NCBI GenBank assembly: GCA_964016885.1
Contig: OZ024740.1
Span: 70,990,001 to 71,054,000, forward strand
Source of the DNA: Eledone cirrhosa
Lineage: Eukaryota
Length of the DNA: 64,000 nucleotides
Reading direction: 5' to 3'
Below the pieces are notes generated by a model. The model was given only the letters and a program-made list of their open reading frames with translations. It was not told where the DNA came from and did not search any database. The position numbers were made by a program, and so were the translations under genes. Of the stretch, positions 1 through 12,776 are shown piece by piece (within the stretch, counting starts at the first letter, position 1; every line of letters begins with the position of its first letter).

Positions 1-959
1 CAGGTCAACTTTGATTGATCATATATTTGATCAAAAACATTCCAGCCATAACCTTCCTGTCTTTTTATGAGTATCTGGGGCTACATGGCCTACTCTGTTT
101 TTTTTTCTTATTTAAAACGCTAAAGTGTAATTTCAAGAAAATATCACTGCTAGTTTGCAATGCATTCAGCAAGAACGTAGAGGCTCCCGTGTCAACTCGT
201 CTTGGTCCATGTATTCAAATAGTTCCTGCAAGCTAATAAACCCTCATTGATTCTACACTGCTGTCGCTGCTTATAATAGTGAATTAGAAAGATAAAGCTA
301 GGATTCTGCCTGCATCTAGAAATTCTACTTGATTTACATTCTGACCAGTTTGAGATTGTACACGGGTGAGGGTGAATAATCTCAAGTAAATCACAATAGG
401 CAGTCAGCGTATTGATATCTGCTCACAAAATATATCATACAGGTCTTCAATAAAACGGAAGAAATATTGTAAAATTATTTTACCATATAAAATTGTAGTC
501 TCTAAGTAGTCGCTTGACCTAGTTTTATAACTGTTAAATTCCCTATAGTCTCACCCTTCCACGTTAAAAAAAGAAGAAAAGACACTTTGGATAATGTAGT
601 CCTAGATATACAAAAATACTTAATGATTATGACTGAAATATTTTTTACCATAAACCTGCTTAGTCACAGATGAATTGAGGCTTTACAACAACAATAACTT
701 CACTATCACTATTTAAATACTTCATTGTCATAGAATCTCTATGTCCTATGTTCTCAACATTTTTTGCTCCATACCTCCAAGACGTCCTGATTTTTCAAAT
801 GCCTCCCCCACGTTATATTACTGATATTTACATAAGTAGACAAACATATTCTAAAAAAAGACTCAGCACGCCAACGGATGTTACAAATGAATACTAAAAG
901 ATTTATTTCGTTATTGTTTCTTTGTACTCGTAAAGATTTTGAGGAAAATCATCATTTTT

Positions 960-2390
960 TAACTCAGCCAGTTCATCCTGAAGGCATGGATCAACAATGT
1001 GTGAGAAACGGTTGCGAAAGCCATTCGGAGAAAGACATTTGACAGAGGTCATGAAATCTAGAGTTGAACTCCTTCTCCAAAGCAAGCAAATGAGCGCATA
1101 ACATGCTCGATACCTTTGATGGAACTGATCCGCAGGTAGATAGATGTGGGAAGTTTTCGTAGCGACCCACAGAAAGGTTCAAATAAAAGAGATTTACCTT
1201 ATCGATAAAGGCTAATATTTTGGTTTTCGCCACGATCATAGTCACCTTGTCCCCCTGCAATTCCTTGTTCAATAAATTGAGTTTTTGGAAAATGTCAGCC
1301 AAATAAGTGACCAATAATTTCCCGTCAGCTCTTTGAAGGATGTTTGTGTGGGAACTCTCGGGTAAAAACTTCATAACTTCATCGAATAATTCGAAAAAGC
1401 GGGCAAAACAATTTCCCTTTGACAACCATCTGATGTCAGTATGTAGGATAAGATTGACATGTTTGTCGATGTCCTTGCAGTATTTCTGAAAAAGACGATC
1501 AGTCTTGGGATTAAATTTACGTACGACACAACAGTATGCACTACTTCCTGTAATTTTGGTGAAAGACATCTGGAAGCCAGGTTTTCCCGATGACGGACGT
1601 AGTGTACTGTCAAAATCGATGAGTTATCATCTTTAAGTCGCTTAAGGAATCCATTGTGTCTGCCCATCATTGCAGGTGAGCCGTCTGCTGCACATGATGT
1701 AACGGATGTAATAGGAATCTTGTTTTCTGATAAGTACGACATCACAAGGTCGTATATATCGGAAGCTGTCGTTGTAGTTTCAAAGGCACGACAAAAAAGC
1801 ATTTCCTCTCGAAAAGCATCATCGTCTTGGAATCTGACATATGCCAGAAGTACAGTCCAGCTTCCACAAAAGGTTGAATCATCGAATATATTTGTGAAGC
1901 TGCTGTTCCACATCAATGGACATCTCATCAATTCGTCGCCGTACTATGTCATTGCTGAGCGGCATAAACTGGACCACTGAGTCGTCTATGTGATTCATAA
2001 CAGTTTGTAAAAACACAGAAATGGCTGGTTTAATTAACTGCTCACCTATCGTATGGGGTTTTCCACACTTGGCAATCAATTTTGAAAGTTCGTAGCTCGC
2101 TATTAATGATTTATACTGCTTTTCGGTTACTTTAGAAAAAACATTGAGATAGTGTAGACTGGCAGCAAACTTTTTTTTTAAGATCTTGGAAGTATGAAAG
2201 CGGCTTCGATGACTTGTCTTCATGCTTCGCATTGAAGTGTTGTAAGAGTCGCCCAGGGCGCATGGAGTCGTTGCTCAGTGTCTGATGACAGAGAAGACAC
2301 ATAGGCAATCGAGAATCATGAGGTGCCTCAATGAAACCAAATTTCAAATAATCGCTATATTGGCGTACTTTCTTTTTATTCGATGCCATA
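960..2390 (-). pseudogene. ZBED8/SCAND3-like Buster transposase, frameshifted, C-terminus missing
   Basis: Consecutive overlapping ORFs give a BED finger (PMCLLC...LLQHFNAKH), GKPHTIGEQLIKP, PLSNDIVRRRIDEMS, LLAYVRF, ADGSPAMMG, HRENLA and DIRWLSKG. Confidence 0.88.
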
Positions 2391-2472
2391 GGTAAGATAG
2401 TTGTCAGCAATCAGTTGTTAAATGTCTCCACTGTTGTGGACGATCGTTATATGTGTGAAATGCGATGCGTTA

Positions 2473-2645
2473 ATAATTATTTTTACTTTTGGCACAAGGC
2501 CAGCAATTATCCCAGTGTATTACTGCTGTTTTATTTTATCGACCCCGTAAGGATGAAAGGCAAAGTTAACCTCAGCAGGATTTGAACTCAGACCATAAAG
2601 GGCCGTAACTCTTTGCTGCAAACAATGGCGTACGGCCTTAGCAGT
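2473..2645 (-). mobile_element. tRNA-derived SINE inserted in the hAT element
   Basis: Reverse complement of the window-wide core GAGTTCAAATCC...TTTGCCTTTCATCCTTACGGGGTCGATAAAATAAA...TGCTGGCCTTGTGCC; GTTCAAATCC is B-box-like. Confidence 0.8.
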
Positions 2646-3289
2646 CGTCTAAGCAGGCCAGTCGATATTCATGCGCTGCAGCCACGGGTTGACGTTACAT
2701 ATTGGCCGGGAATTTTCCCGACGTTACGGTCAAGGTCACGCATTGTGGCTGGATAGGCAGACAGAAAGTGTGCATACTCTCATACGTCAGCAAATTTCTT
2801 AGCACTCACATGTGTGCAGGCAATAATCACATGTCTCGAAATCACGATTTCACGCAGATCAGCAATCTTTCTCCCTAAATTAAGAATACACCTTATTGTT
2901 TCAAATGGTCCATTAATATCATATGCCCCCCCCCCCGAAATTTTCCATATGACCACCTGGGGGTAGGGGCTATCTCCCCCCCCTTTCCTCCCCGTTGAGA
3001 ACACCGCTCTATGTGGTCACACGACTTTACAGAAAACTCCTAAATCTTCTTCAAGCTACACCTTATCATCTTTAAAAAGACACATTAGATTATGTAATCC
3101 AGGGTTCAGTATTGGTGGGAAAAAGAAGGAATGTTCATAATTTGAATACAATTGAGTAAAACGGGGGCGGTGGAAGCACTTCTGAATTGGGGGGGGGGGC
3201 AAACTTGGTCAATTTAGTTGTAGTGATCAGTTTGGCTCTTTGCACTCTAAAATGGTCAGAAAACTTCAATATCTGATAAACAAAACATG

Positions 3290-3713
3290 TTTAGAATGTT
3301 AGTATCAGTGTATATATATTATTAAGAATGACAATAAATGCAGGTGAGTGTTGTGACATGGTTTTACTTCACAGAAGTCAAATAAATTAATAGAAATAAT
3401 TTTTACCACATGTTGATGGTCAGTTGGTCACAACTCCCAGACTGGAGTTTGTAGAGCAGAACAGAAATCTTGGTAAGGTTCAAGTGTTTCTTTAGGCTGC
3501 CGGCGCAGGAAGTGGAGAGTAATGCCTTGATGTCCTCAAATATATAGTCCCCAGGGAGACGCAACTCCATTTAGTACATGGATCTTCCACTGGGAGTCGC
3601 GACCGTCACAAAGGGACGCAACTCCTATACGTATCTGCCACTGGGAGTTGCGACCGTCACAAAGGGACGCAACTCCTATACGTGCTGACTTACAGCCGTA
3701 AGGGGCCGCTACA
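3290..3713 (-). repeat. 3' LTR of the Gypsy element, with an internal ~51-bp tandem duplication
   Basis: Near-identical to 8387-8815; CCACTGGGAG...CACAAAGGGACGCAACTCCTATACGT occurs twice. Confidence 0.92.
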
Positions 3714-3895
3714 GTACCCTCCTCCAGACGCTAGGCGAAAAGCCCGAAGGTAACTGTAGCGAACCCAGCACAGGCATGAAATATTAACAAAAAGGTACAT
3801 GTATAAATCAGGCATGAAATAGTAACGAAAAGGTACATGTATACATAGTAATACGATAAAGAGAAAAACAAAAAAAAAAGGCACCAGTGGCCAGT

Positions 3896-6800
3896 TCACA
3901 TAAAAACAGTTTGGCAGAGTTTTTTGGGCCAGTGGACTCTTCGACCGGAACGGGTCGTGGTCTTGTATGTAGGTGAAGGTGGGGCAGAAAGAGAAGGTGT
4001 ATGCACAAGAGAGAAAGATTGGGGTATTTGTGGCTCGGGTGTATGAGCGTCATTGTATGCCCTTTTTAGTCTATCCACCGAAATTGTCTCTCCGGACCCC
4101 TTAATGTCTACAGTGAAATGTTTGTCAGTACGTGCTAACACACGGTAGGGTCTAGAGTACGGCTGTGTGAGGGGTGGAGTAACCGCATCGTTTCTGACGA
4201 ATACATGTGTCCACGAGGCAATATCCCTCGGGACTGCAGCTTTAATAGTTTGTTTCTTAGTATTCATGGGCGGTAAGTCCTGAAAATAGGAGCGCAAACG
4301 AGATACATAGGAAACAGGGTCCTGGAAAGCAAGATCAACAGGGGCAAGCATTTTCCCTGGCAACGCTAGAGGAGCACCATACAGTAATTCGGCCGGGGAG
4401 AACCCAAGGTCCTCCTTTATTGATGACCGAATTCCTAACAACACAATAAGAAGGTACTCGCTCCAACGTTGAGAGTCTGGATAGGCGCGAAGAGCGGCCT
4501 TTAATTGGCGGTGGAATCGTTCCACCATTCCGTTCGAAGCAGGATGATAAGCTGTGGTTCGAATCCGTTGAGCACCAATGATCTTTGTCAGCTCAGAGAA
4601 AAGATGAGACTCAAATTGTCTACCACGGTCTGTGGTGACTGTAGTTGGTACCCCAAAGCGGGTAATCCACCCTGATACCAGGGCACGCGCTACAGTCTCA
4701 GCAGTAATATCTTTTAAGTGGGTGGCTTCAGGCCATCAAGAAAAACGATCGGTACAGGTCAAGAGGTACGAATATCTACTACTGAATGGTCCAACGATAT
4801 CAATGTGGATGTGTTGAAACCGAGCATCTGGAGTACTGAAAGTACCAAGTGGAGTCCGGATGTGTCTGTGGACTTTAGATCTCTGACACTGTGTGCAGGA
4901 ACGGCACCAGACAGTAATTTCTCGCCTCATATTGGGCCAGAAAAATCTAGCCGTTATAAGCTTTACTGTGGCAGAAATTCCTGGGTGAGAAATGCTGTGC
5001 AAAGCAAGGAACATAATTCGACGGTGAGTCTCAGGAACAAGTGGTCGTGGTGAATCCGTAGATACATCACATAGAATCTGCCTTTTGGTGGTCGACAAGG
5101 GCAGATATTTGAAGATGCAAGTCGCAAATTCGGCAGAAAGAGTATACAACGATTGGAGTGCAGGTTGGTCTGCAGCTAAACGACTTAAGTCGATCTCCTG
5201 GGATGACGAGATGAAGCTGATTGGCAAACGTGACAATGCGTCTGCAGCTATGTTATGCGAGCCAGCAATGTGCTGGATATCATTTGTAAATTGCGAAACG
5301 TAATCCAGGTGCCTTGTCTCTCTGGGCGAATATCTGTCGGTTTTAGCCCTCAAAGCGAAGGTCAGAGGTTTGTAGTCGGTTAAAACAGTAAAATTTCTCC
5401 CCTCAAGAATATGAGAGAAATGTTTCACCGACAGATATATGGCTAATAATTCCCGCCCAAACGTGCTGTAACGCGTTTCTGCTGGTTTCAGCTTCCTTGA
5501 GAAAAATGCCAAAGGTTGTTGGTTTCCAGCGTTGTACTGCTGTAAAACTGCTCCCACAGCGGTATCAGATGCATCAACACAAAGCGAAAGCTTGGCCTCT
5601 GGTACCGGGTGGGCTAGCAAAGATGAACTAGCGAGTGCTGTCTTGGCAGTCTGGAAGTCTTGAAGCTGTCCTTGTGTCAAGGATATCCTCATTCTTCTTA
5701 CGACGATTTTTCAAAATGTCAGTAAGGGAAGATAGCAAATTAGCACAATGAGGAACGAAACGCCTATAGAAATTGATTAGGTCTAAGAAGTGACGCGACT
5801 GGTGAAGTGTAGTAGGCGGAGGTAAATCCTGTATGGCTTGAACTCGCTGAGGGAGCGGCCTAATACCTTCGGCGTCGATGAGGTGGCCTAAAAAATTTAG
5901 CGAAGTGGAACCGAAAACACACTTTGCGGGATTCACACGAACGCGGTAATCCTGAAGTCGCCGAAATAAGAGATGCATGTGGCGCATATGCTCTTCCGGA
6001 GAGGAACTAGCAACGAGAATATCGTCTATGTATGCATAAACGAAGTCCAGACCACGAGTGACTTCGTCTATGAACCGCTGAAAAGAGCTAGCGGCGTTCC
6101 TGAGTCCGAAAGACATGGTCAAAAATTCGAAGGATCCGAAAGGGGTTGTAATCGCCGTTTTCGGAATATCCTCCTTCCCGACCGGAATTTGGTGGTAGGT
6201 TCGTACTAAATCTAGTTTTGAGAAAATTTTACACCCCTGCAATAACGATGCGAAATCCTGGAGATGGGGGATGGGATACCTATCCGGGACGGTCATAGAA
6301 TTTAACCTCCTATAATCCCCAGTGGGTCTCCAGTCGCCGGAAGTCTTGGGCACCATGTGTAACGGTGAAGCCCAAGGACTTGTAGATGGGCGAATAATGC
6401 CCAGCTGCAGCATATGGTCGAACTCGGACCGTGCTGCCTTTAATTTGTCCGCCGGTAAGCGGCGTGGACGCGAAAACACTGGAGCACCGGTGGTGGACAT
6501 GAAATGTTCAGTTGAGTGTGTTGGGTCAGTGACTCGAACATTTCCATCGGTGATCTCCGGGAAGGAACCTAACAACGAATGGTAGGCGCCTCCAGCGGCA
6601 GCGATGAAGAATATGGAGCTGACTGTTGGAGCATTGGCTTTCCGGCCACGAATTGAAAAACCGGTGATGTCATCCACCAGGCGTTGGCCACGGACGTCCG
6701 CAGTCAAAGAGAAGTTGTGGAGAAAATCCGCTCCTAAGATAGGGTATGGCAAATCGGCAACCGTAAAAATCCACTTAAAATCCCTACGAAGATTTAGGAA

Positions 6801-6956
6801 TTTGAGAGGAAGCGAGATTTGTCCGGACGTCTTTATAGACGAGTGATTAACGGCCTGCAGAGTAACGGATGACTCCATGGGGGTATCTTTCAGGCAATGG
6901 ACCGGCCAAATACTACAGGAGGCTCCTGTATCCACGAGGAAACCTCTTCCCGACAT
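3896..6956 (-). pseudogene. pol: Gypsy pol (protease, RT, RNase H, integrase) in three frameshifted ORFs
   Basis: FLVDTGAS (protease); [16 protein letters not shown] and YIDD (RT); DASDTAVGAVL and RYSTFGRELLA (RNase H); HSISHPG...CTQC, HIDIVGP and VERFHRQLK (integrase). Confidence 0.95.
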
Positions 6957-6989
6957 AAGGTCCTTAATGAGAAAATGGCGGCTTTATGT

Positions 6990-7800
6990 TGAGGTAAACT
7001 TCCCCCATCAGCGGACCTCTTTCCCGCCTTATGAAACGAGCAAGGTTGTACGCAGTGGTTCGCGCTCTCAGCAAATCGCTCATGGTACCAGCATAAAGAT
7101 GAAGCTGGTGACCTGGAGCGGCGTCTAAAAGATTGAGATCTCCCGCGGCTGCGGGGGCGCGAACGGGCACCACACCAGACCTTCATCTTCTGGAGCTCCA
7201 GGGTGAGTTCCTGAATGGCCCTCTGCCTCGCCATAATAGCTGAGCTCTCTGTAGGAGCTGCCGCGCAGATGGCATGGCCAGAGCTGGTTGGGAAACAGCG
7301 GCAAGGGCTTAGCTGCCTCCAGCACCCGTGACTTCGAAAACTTTGTCCGTGGAGGCGACAAGCTGGTCCACCGTGCAAGTATCCCTAATGGGGGCCAAAA
7401 TTGCCTGTACGTTGGTCGGAAGGCGCGAGAAGAACACCTGCTTCAACATGGCAGTTTCCGCTACCGACCCCTCCGTTAGGTCCTTCATTCGCCTTAGGAG
7501 GTTCGATGGGGTGCCATCACCGATATGCTCCAGATGGACCAGACCCCTAAACCTTTTTTCTGCGGACTGTGCAGTCCGGCTGAGTATTTCAGCCTTCAGA
7601 GACTTGTACGTCGCGTCGGTGGGTGTCTCTAACACCAGGTCCTTAATCGCTGGGATAAGTGCCGGCGGAATTGCACTAAGGACTAGAGGACGTTGTTGTG
7701 CCTCGTCAATTCTGTTCGCCTCGAAATATGCTTCGAGTTGGGCGAACCATAACCTTACGTCGCCCGTGATAGAACAGAATGAGATGCCATTGGTATACCG
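6990..7800 (-). pseudogene. gag: Gypsy gag, frameshifted, with CHCC zinc knuckle
   Basis: DVRLWFAQLEAYF, Y-x-x-LK-x-x-IL, RSRSRS-rich linker, and CWYHERFAESANHCVQPC knuckle typical of CsRn1/Kabuki/Boudicca elements. Confidence 0.85.
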
Positions 7801-8386
7801 TAGGTAATCTGCAAAAAATCGTCTCCGTTTGGAAAAATGTCTCCAACGCAAGGGAAAATGAAAACAAAATCGTTTGTTTTTCCCTGTCAAACAACTGAAT
7901 ATGTTGTCTCGGAAGAAAGACAACATGTAAAGGAGCGACTAACCGAGCGATGTCATTAACAAGGTATAGGCAGGGAATTTAAAACTAAAACCAACATGGC
8001 GGACGATTTCGCGCCAAAAACACTATTGATGGAGAAGAAAGCCGCCATCTTGTCATCGTCAAAAATTTTAGCCAGAGAAAGAAGAAAAAACATTCATACA
8101 ATTGTTGTTTCGCTAGGAAACTAGCGGCAATATAATGTTATCTTTCTTTTGTGTTTTTTGTTTTTTTTGTGTTTGTGTATAAATAAATGGAATGTTCGCT
8201 TTGCACATATGAGGAGTTTGATTGTTAAACGTTACAGATAAAGATGCTGAAATCAGTAAAATACAGCCAGATCGGAATGAAGCGTGTTGTTCTGTATTAA
8301 ATGTTTTTTCTTTCTCTTTTTTTTATGTACACATGGTACCGTTTCGCATTCTTTTTTTTTTTTTTTTTTAAACGTCAGGTCACCAA

Positions 8387-8815
8387 TTTAGAATGTTAGT
8401 ATCAGTGTATATATATTATTAAGAATGACAATAAATGCAGGTGAGTGTTGTGACATGGTTTTACTTCACAGAAGTCAAATAAATTAATAGAAATAATTTT
8501 TACCACATGTTGATGGTCAGTTGGTCACAACTCCCAGACTGGAGTTTGTAGAGCAAAACAGAAATCTTCTCTTGGTAAGGTTCAAGTGTTTCTTTAGGCT
8601 GCCGGTGCAGGAAGTGAGAGAGTAATGCCTTGATGTCCTCAAATATATAGTCCCCAGGGGACACAACTCCATTTAGTACATGGATTTGCCACTGAGAGTC
8701 GCGACCGTCACAAAGGGACGCAACTCCTATACGTATCTGCCACTGGGAGTCGCGACCGTCACAAAGGGACGCAACTCCTATACGTGCTGAGTTACAGCCG
8801 TAAGGGGCCGCTGGA
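8387..8815 (-). repeat. 5' LTR of the Gypsy element
   Basis: Direct repeat of 3290-3713 with a few substitutions and a 5-bp indel; PBS adjacent. Confidence 0.92.
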
Positions 8816-11280
8816 CATGTATATAAATTGTATCGCATATCCAAATAGATGCGTGTTTTGTAGTTTGGGGAGAAAAAATATAGTTATTGGGGGAGGGACA
8901 CCCACCCACCCCCAGTTCCACCGCCCCTGTATATATATATATATAAATATAGAAGAAGTGACCCATAATTCCTGGTGGAGTCATAGAAGCACCGTCATAT
9001 GACGTGTCTAGGGCACTTTTAAACCTGGTGGAGCCCATCCCTCTCCAGGTCTGAACACAGCCGATTTTTTCTAAAGAGGAAGAATTGACCCCTAGTTCTG
9101 GACTGGTACTTTTTTAATCGACTCCTATCCATCACTAACTTCCCCCTCTATATCTTTTTTGACAATGTCTTATCCAGCCCCCCCCCCCCCCCTCTATATA
9201 TTTAGCAGTATTTATCTCTCCCAACATCCGCATTATATATACAAGAATTGAAATCTACCCCTCTATATATCTACTACACGACACTCACTCTCCCAATCCC
9301 CCTCTCTACATCAATTAACACCAAACTCTCCCCCTCTGTATATCTACTACGCGGAACTCTCTTCCAATACACTTCTCTACATCAATTAACACCAAACTCT
9401 CCCTCTTTCTATATGTAGATGTACATAAATTGTAGCGCATATACAATTATATGTATGTTTTGGGTAATTTGGGAAGAAAAATATAATTATGGGGGTGGAG
9501 GCAATAATTATATTCGCATATTCCATATGCATGGAACTAACCTTTATCGAAGTGCCAGCCCTAGCGAAAGCGCTGGAGTTTTTTGGCTAAGTGCTACATC
9601 CCTCAGTCCCAAAACTCCAGCCCTCTCGACAGGGTTTCCACTTCAATAAAGGTTATTTCCATGCAGCTTAACAGACTACTACAGCAAAGTGCTACATCCC
9701 TCTGTTTGCTAGAACAAATTCTTTGTGGTGTGTCTCTTTTGAGAGACGAGAGTAGAATGGTTTGATGAAAGTGCTATCTTTGATAAACTGCAAATGACTC
9801 CCTTCTCCAGACTAGGCGACGCCAAAATTTGAAACAAAAGAAAATGACCATAAAAGTCGCTCAGAGGTCAGCATGCTCGTTCACACTGACCTACTTTGTT
9901 GAGATTAACACAAGAATTCACACTACTACTATAGGCTGACCTGTGGCTAAACGTGTGTGTCTGTGAATACTTTGTGGTTTTTTGTTTATGTGTGCATGTG
10001 TTTAGGTGTGTTTATGCGTTTATTTATCTGTCAGGGGTGTACATTGTTTCTTCTGTGCGTGTGATTTGTATATCGTTGATGGGAGTGTGCGTGTGTCTGT
10101 GAGTTTTTTATGTATTTTTTTTTATATGCCTGTGTGTACACGCGTGTGTGTGTGTGGGGGTGCGTTTATATATGGGTGTGTGTGTGTGCTTATGTATGAG
10201 TTTGTATGTCTGATTTGTTTATGTATTTTTGTGTGCGTGTGCATACACGTGTATGTCTGTGAATTCTTTATATACATTTATACGTGTATGTATATCCACG
10301 GTAGTGTGTTTTGGTGAGTTTATGCGGTTACTGGTCTGTGTATGTGAATCTTTATGCGTGTATGTGCATAAGCTTGTATGGCTGTCTGTATCGTTGTTTT
10401 GTAAAATCCTGGTCTTGGGAGTCGCAGCAGCTTGCGGTGTAATGGTCAAAGCTGGGCTATTTCAGGAAGTGGCCAAAGGTGAAATGGGTGGGGTATATAC
10501 ATGTGTGTGTGTGTGTGTGTGTTAGGTTATTTCAGGAAGTTGTCAGAGGAGAAGTAGTTGGGTATATGTGTGTGTGTGTTGAAAATTAAGTTGGAGTCTT
10601 TAAATATCCTTTGCAGGATATTACTTGAATTATCTGGTAGATATTGGCATAAACAAGAGAGATTACAGAGCACAACCTTGTGGGATTCCGCTGGTTTACA
10701 GGTTATTTTGTTTGTAAAATAGTTTGACGTCTGCTTTCAAATGTTTGGCGACTGTTCTGAGAAGCAAATCACCTAATTGTGTTGCCAAGATATACCAGCT
10801 GGTAAATAAATAGTCTCATGTCAATATGTATTTAGTCTCGCCGTGAAATTACCATATGTCTAGTTATTTTGACCCACATACAAATAAATTCAGCTGAAAT
10901 TTAGAGGGAGACGTATTTATTAATCAATGTAAAGTACATTGAGCTGTCTTTTTGCAATGCTACTTTCTTTTTCTGTATGTTTGACTAAATATTAAATTCT
11001 TTATTGAACAATATCTCAGGAAAATAAAACTCACTATTAAAGGGAACAGAAAAAGAAAGGGGAAAAGGAAAATGAAAAGGAGGAAAAGAAAAGAAGGAAG
11101 GGTCAAACAACGAAAGAAACGGAGACGGGAAGGACAGTCACTACACCTCAGTCTGAGCGGTGCCTCAGCCGTGCCCCTCAGACAAACAGCAAAAGCGCTA
11201 CCGCGGAGAATGGTCAGACACACGTTGCGACAGCTACCTCGCCTCACGGGGCTCCCTCCTCAAGTGGGCCACCGTCTTTC

Positions 11281-11796
11281 CGTACATATATATATGTGTG
11301 CATGTATGTATATATATATACATACTACTGTACGTCGGTATACATATATGTATGTACGTGTACATACTTATATTTAAGTAACAGCCGTACTAAGAGTGGG
11401 AAATGAAATTTCGTTTCATTTTTTCCGTTTATCGTTTTCGGTGCACCCGGCCGATTAATGCACTCGATATGCAAATTGGGCTACTCAGCCGTTAATATGC
11501 ATAAGGAAAGTATATACTTTCGGACGTTCAACAATCTGGCAGGAAAGTATACGTTGCTGACGATAGCTAACAAGCTTGAAACTAGTACAGCGTTCCTTTG
11601 TCAGTGTTGAACAAACGAGCAACGGTGGTTGCTTGACACTGCGGCTTTATACGGGATGTTTGTTTACAAACACACCGAGCATTATAATAAATGTTTGGTG
11701 AATCCATACGTACATATATATGTGTGTATGTATATATATATATATATATACATACTACTGTACGTCTGTATACATATATGTATGTACGTATACATA

Positions 11797-11800
<4 letters not shown>
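11281..11800 (+). mobile_element. Non-coding HHR-bearing monomer with ~90-bp terminal direct repeats (retrozyme-like, family B)
   Basis: 11281-11372 is repeated at 11709-11800. Internal blocks are homologous to the 469-bp array unit. One HHR; ends in (TA)n. Confidence 0.7.
11551..11593 (+). ncRNA. Type I hammerhead ribozyme
   Basis: ACGTTG-CTGACGA-T-AGCT/AACA/AGCT-T-GAAA-CTAG-TA-CAGCGT: 6-bp stem I, palindromic stem III, GUA cleavage triplet. Confidence 0.8.
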
Positions 11801-11861
<61 letters not shown>

Positions 11862-11867
<6 letters not shown>

Positions 11868-12056
11868 ACAGGAGGCTGGACTTGTGTAAATCCTTGAAAG
11901 GTTTATTATACTATGATCATTTCAATGACCGGGTTCCGTATGAATCCGGTCATATCATCAGGTATTCGAAATATAACAGATAAAATCCATGGGGCTGAAA
12001 ATCATAGACAAGAGGCCGACCGACCATCTAGCATCTTCTACCTCAGTCGGTCGCCC
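11862..12056 (-). mobile_element. PLE pseudo-LTR fragment (family C) with HHR at 11908-11965
   Basis: - strand reads ATAC-CTGATGA-T-stem II-T-GAAA-TGATCA-TA-GTAT. Same sequence as the arms of the 14822-15340 palindrome. Flanked by (TA)n. Confidence 0.7.
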
Positions 12057-12269
12057 TATATATATAGTTTGGACAAAGTTGACAGATTTTGATATAGGCA
12101 GAGATAATAAATAGATAAATTAGTACACAGACTTGTGATATTCTTAGATATTTATCATCGCTGTGTAATGGACAGATGGTTTGGAGGAATTCTTGAATTT
12201 TTTAAAAGGAATTTTGTGTCACACTGAATATTTCGGGTTTAAAATAACTGACAGGCGGCTAATTGGCTG

Positions 12270-12490
12270 ATTCGTTAGAACGTCGGAGATAGTGCTTTGC
12301 GGTGAATATTCCGACTTTCTGTGTTCTGAGTTCAAATCCCACCGAGTCAGTTTTGCCTTTCACACTTTTCATCTTCTGGGGTTCGAAAAATAAAGTACTA
12401 ATCCATTTTTTCGGAGGGGGGGGGGGGGGGGGGGGCTATTCTCTCTATCTCCCTTTTTCTCTCCAAAATATCGATATAGTAAACCTTTGG
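12270..12490 (+). mobile_element. Diverged tRNA-derived SINE
   Basis: TCTGAGTTCAAATCCCACCGAG...TTTGCCTTTCAC...GGGGTTCGAAAAATAAAGTAC core. Confidence 0.6.
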
Positions 12491-12776
12491 TTACTATCAT
12501 TTGTAGATTGGGAGTATCTCTTGATGAATTGTTAGATAAGAAAGAAACCGGTTAGTTTGATCCCAAAAGAGGCATAACTAGGGAAAATAGCACCTATGAC
12601 AAACAGTGAAATTGCACTCCTGCCCAGCTCTGTGTTTATATAAATAGTATAATGATCCAGCCACCATCGTGTTATCACCCATGATAATGAGAGACAGGAC
12701 ATACATCTGAAGGAGTTTCTTTCTTCACTCCCCGACGAGGCTTATTTGACTTGAATAGAACGAGCTCCTAGTTCAA

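Larger units (their letters stand above)
745..3006 (-). mobile_element. hAT (Buster/Charlie-type) DNA transposon, decayed
   Basis: Perfect 8-bp TSD CTCTATGT (737-744, 3007-3014) with central TA. Degenerate TIRs share the core TGTTCTCAAC. Encloses frameshifted transposase fragments. Confidence 0.85.
3290..8815 (-). mobile_element. Full-length Ty3/Gypsy LTR retrotransposon, CsRn1/Kabuki-like, frameshifted
   Basis: Direct LTRs at 3290-3713 and 8387-8815; 4-bp TSD CATG (3286-3289, 8816-8819). On the - strand: PBS TGGTGACCTGACGT (tRNA-Trp-like) 1 nt after the 5' LTR, PPT GGAGGAGGG before the 3' LTR, and domain order gag-PR-RT-RH-IN. Confidence 0.95.
3162..8929. mobile_element. Short TIR element (MITE-like) split by the Gypsy insertion
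   Basis: CGGGGGCGGTGGAA (3162-3175) and TTCCACCGCCCCTG (8916-8929) are inverted repeats about 240 bp apart once the Gypsy is removed. No matching TSD seen. Confidence 0.55.

Noticed and set aside
280-380. PIF1/Helitron-like peptide FTLTRVQSQTGQNVNQVEF on the - strand
   Set aside because: About 30 aa bounded by stops with no other helicase motif; would need a TBLASTN hit.
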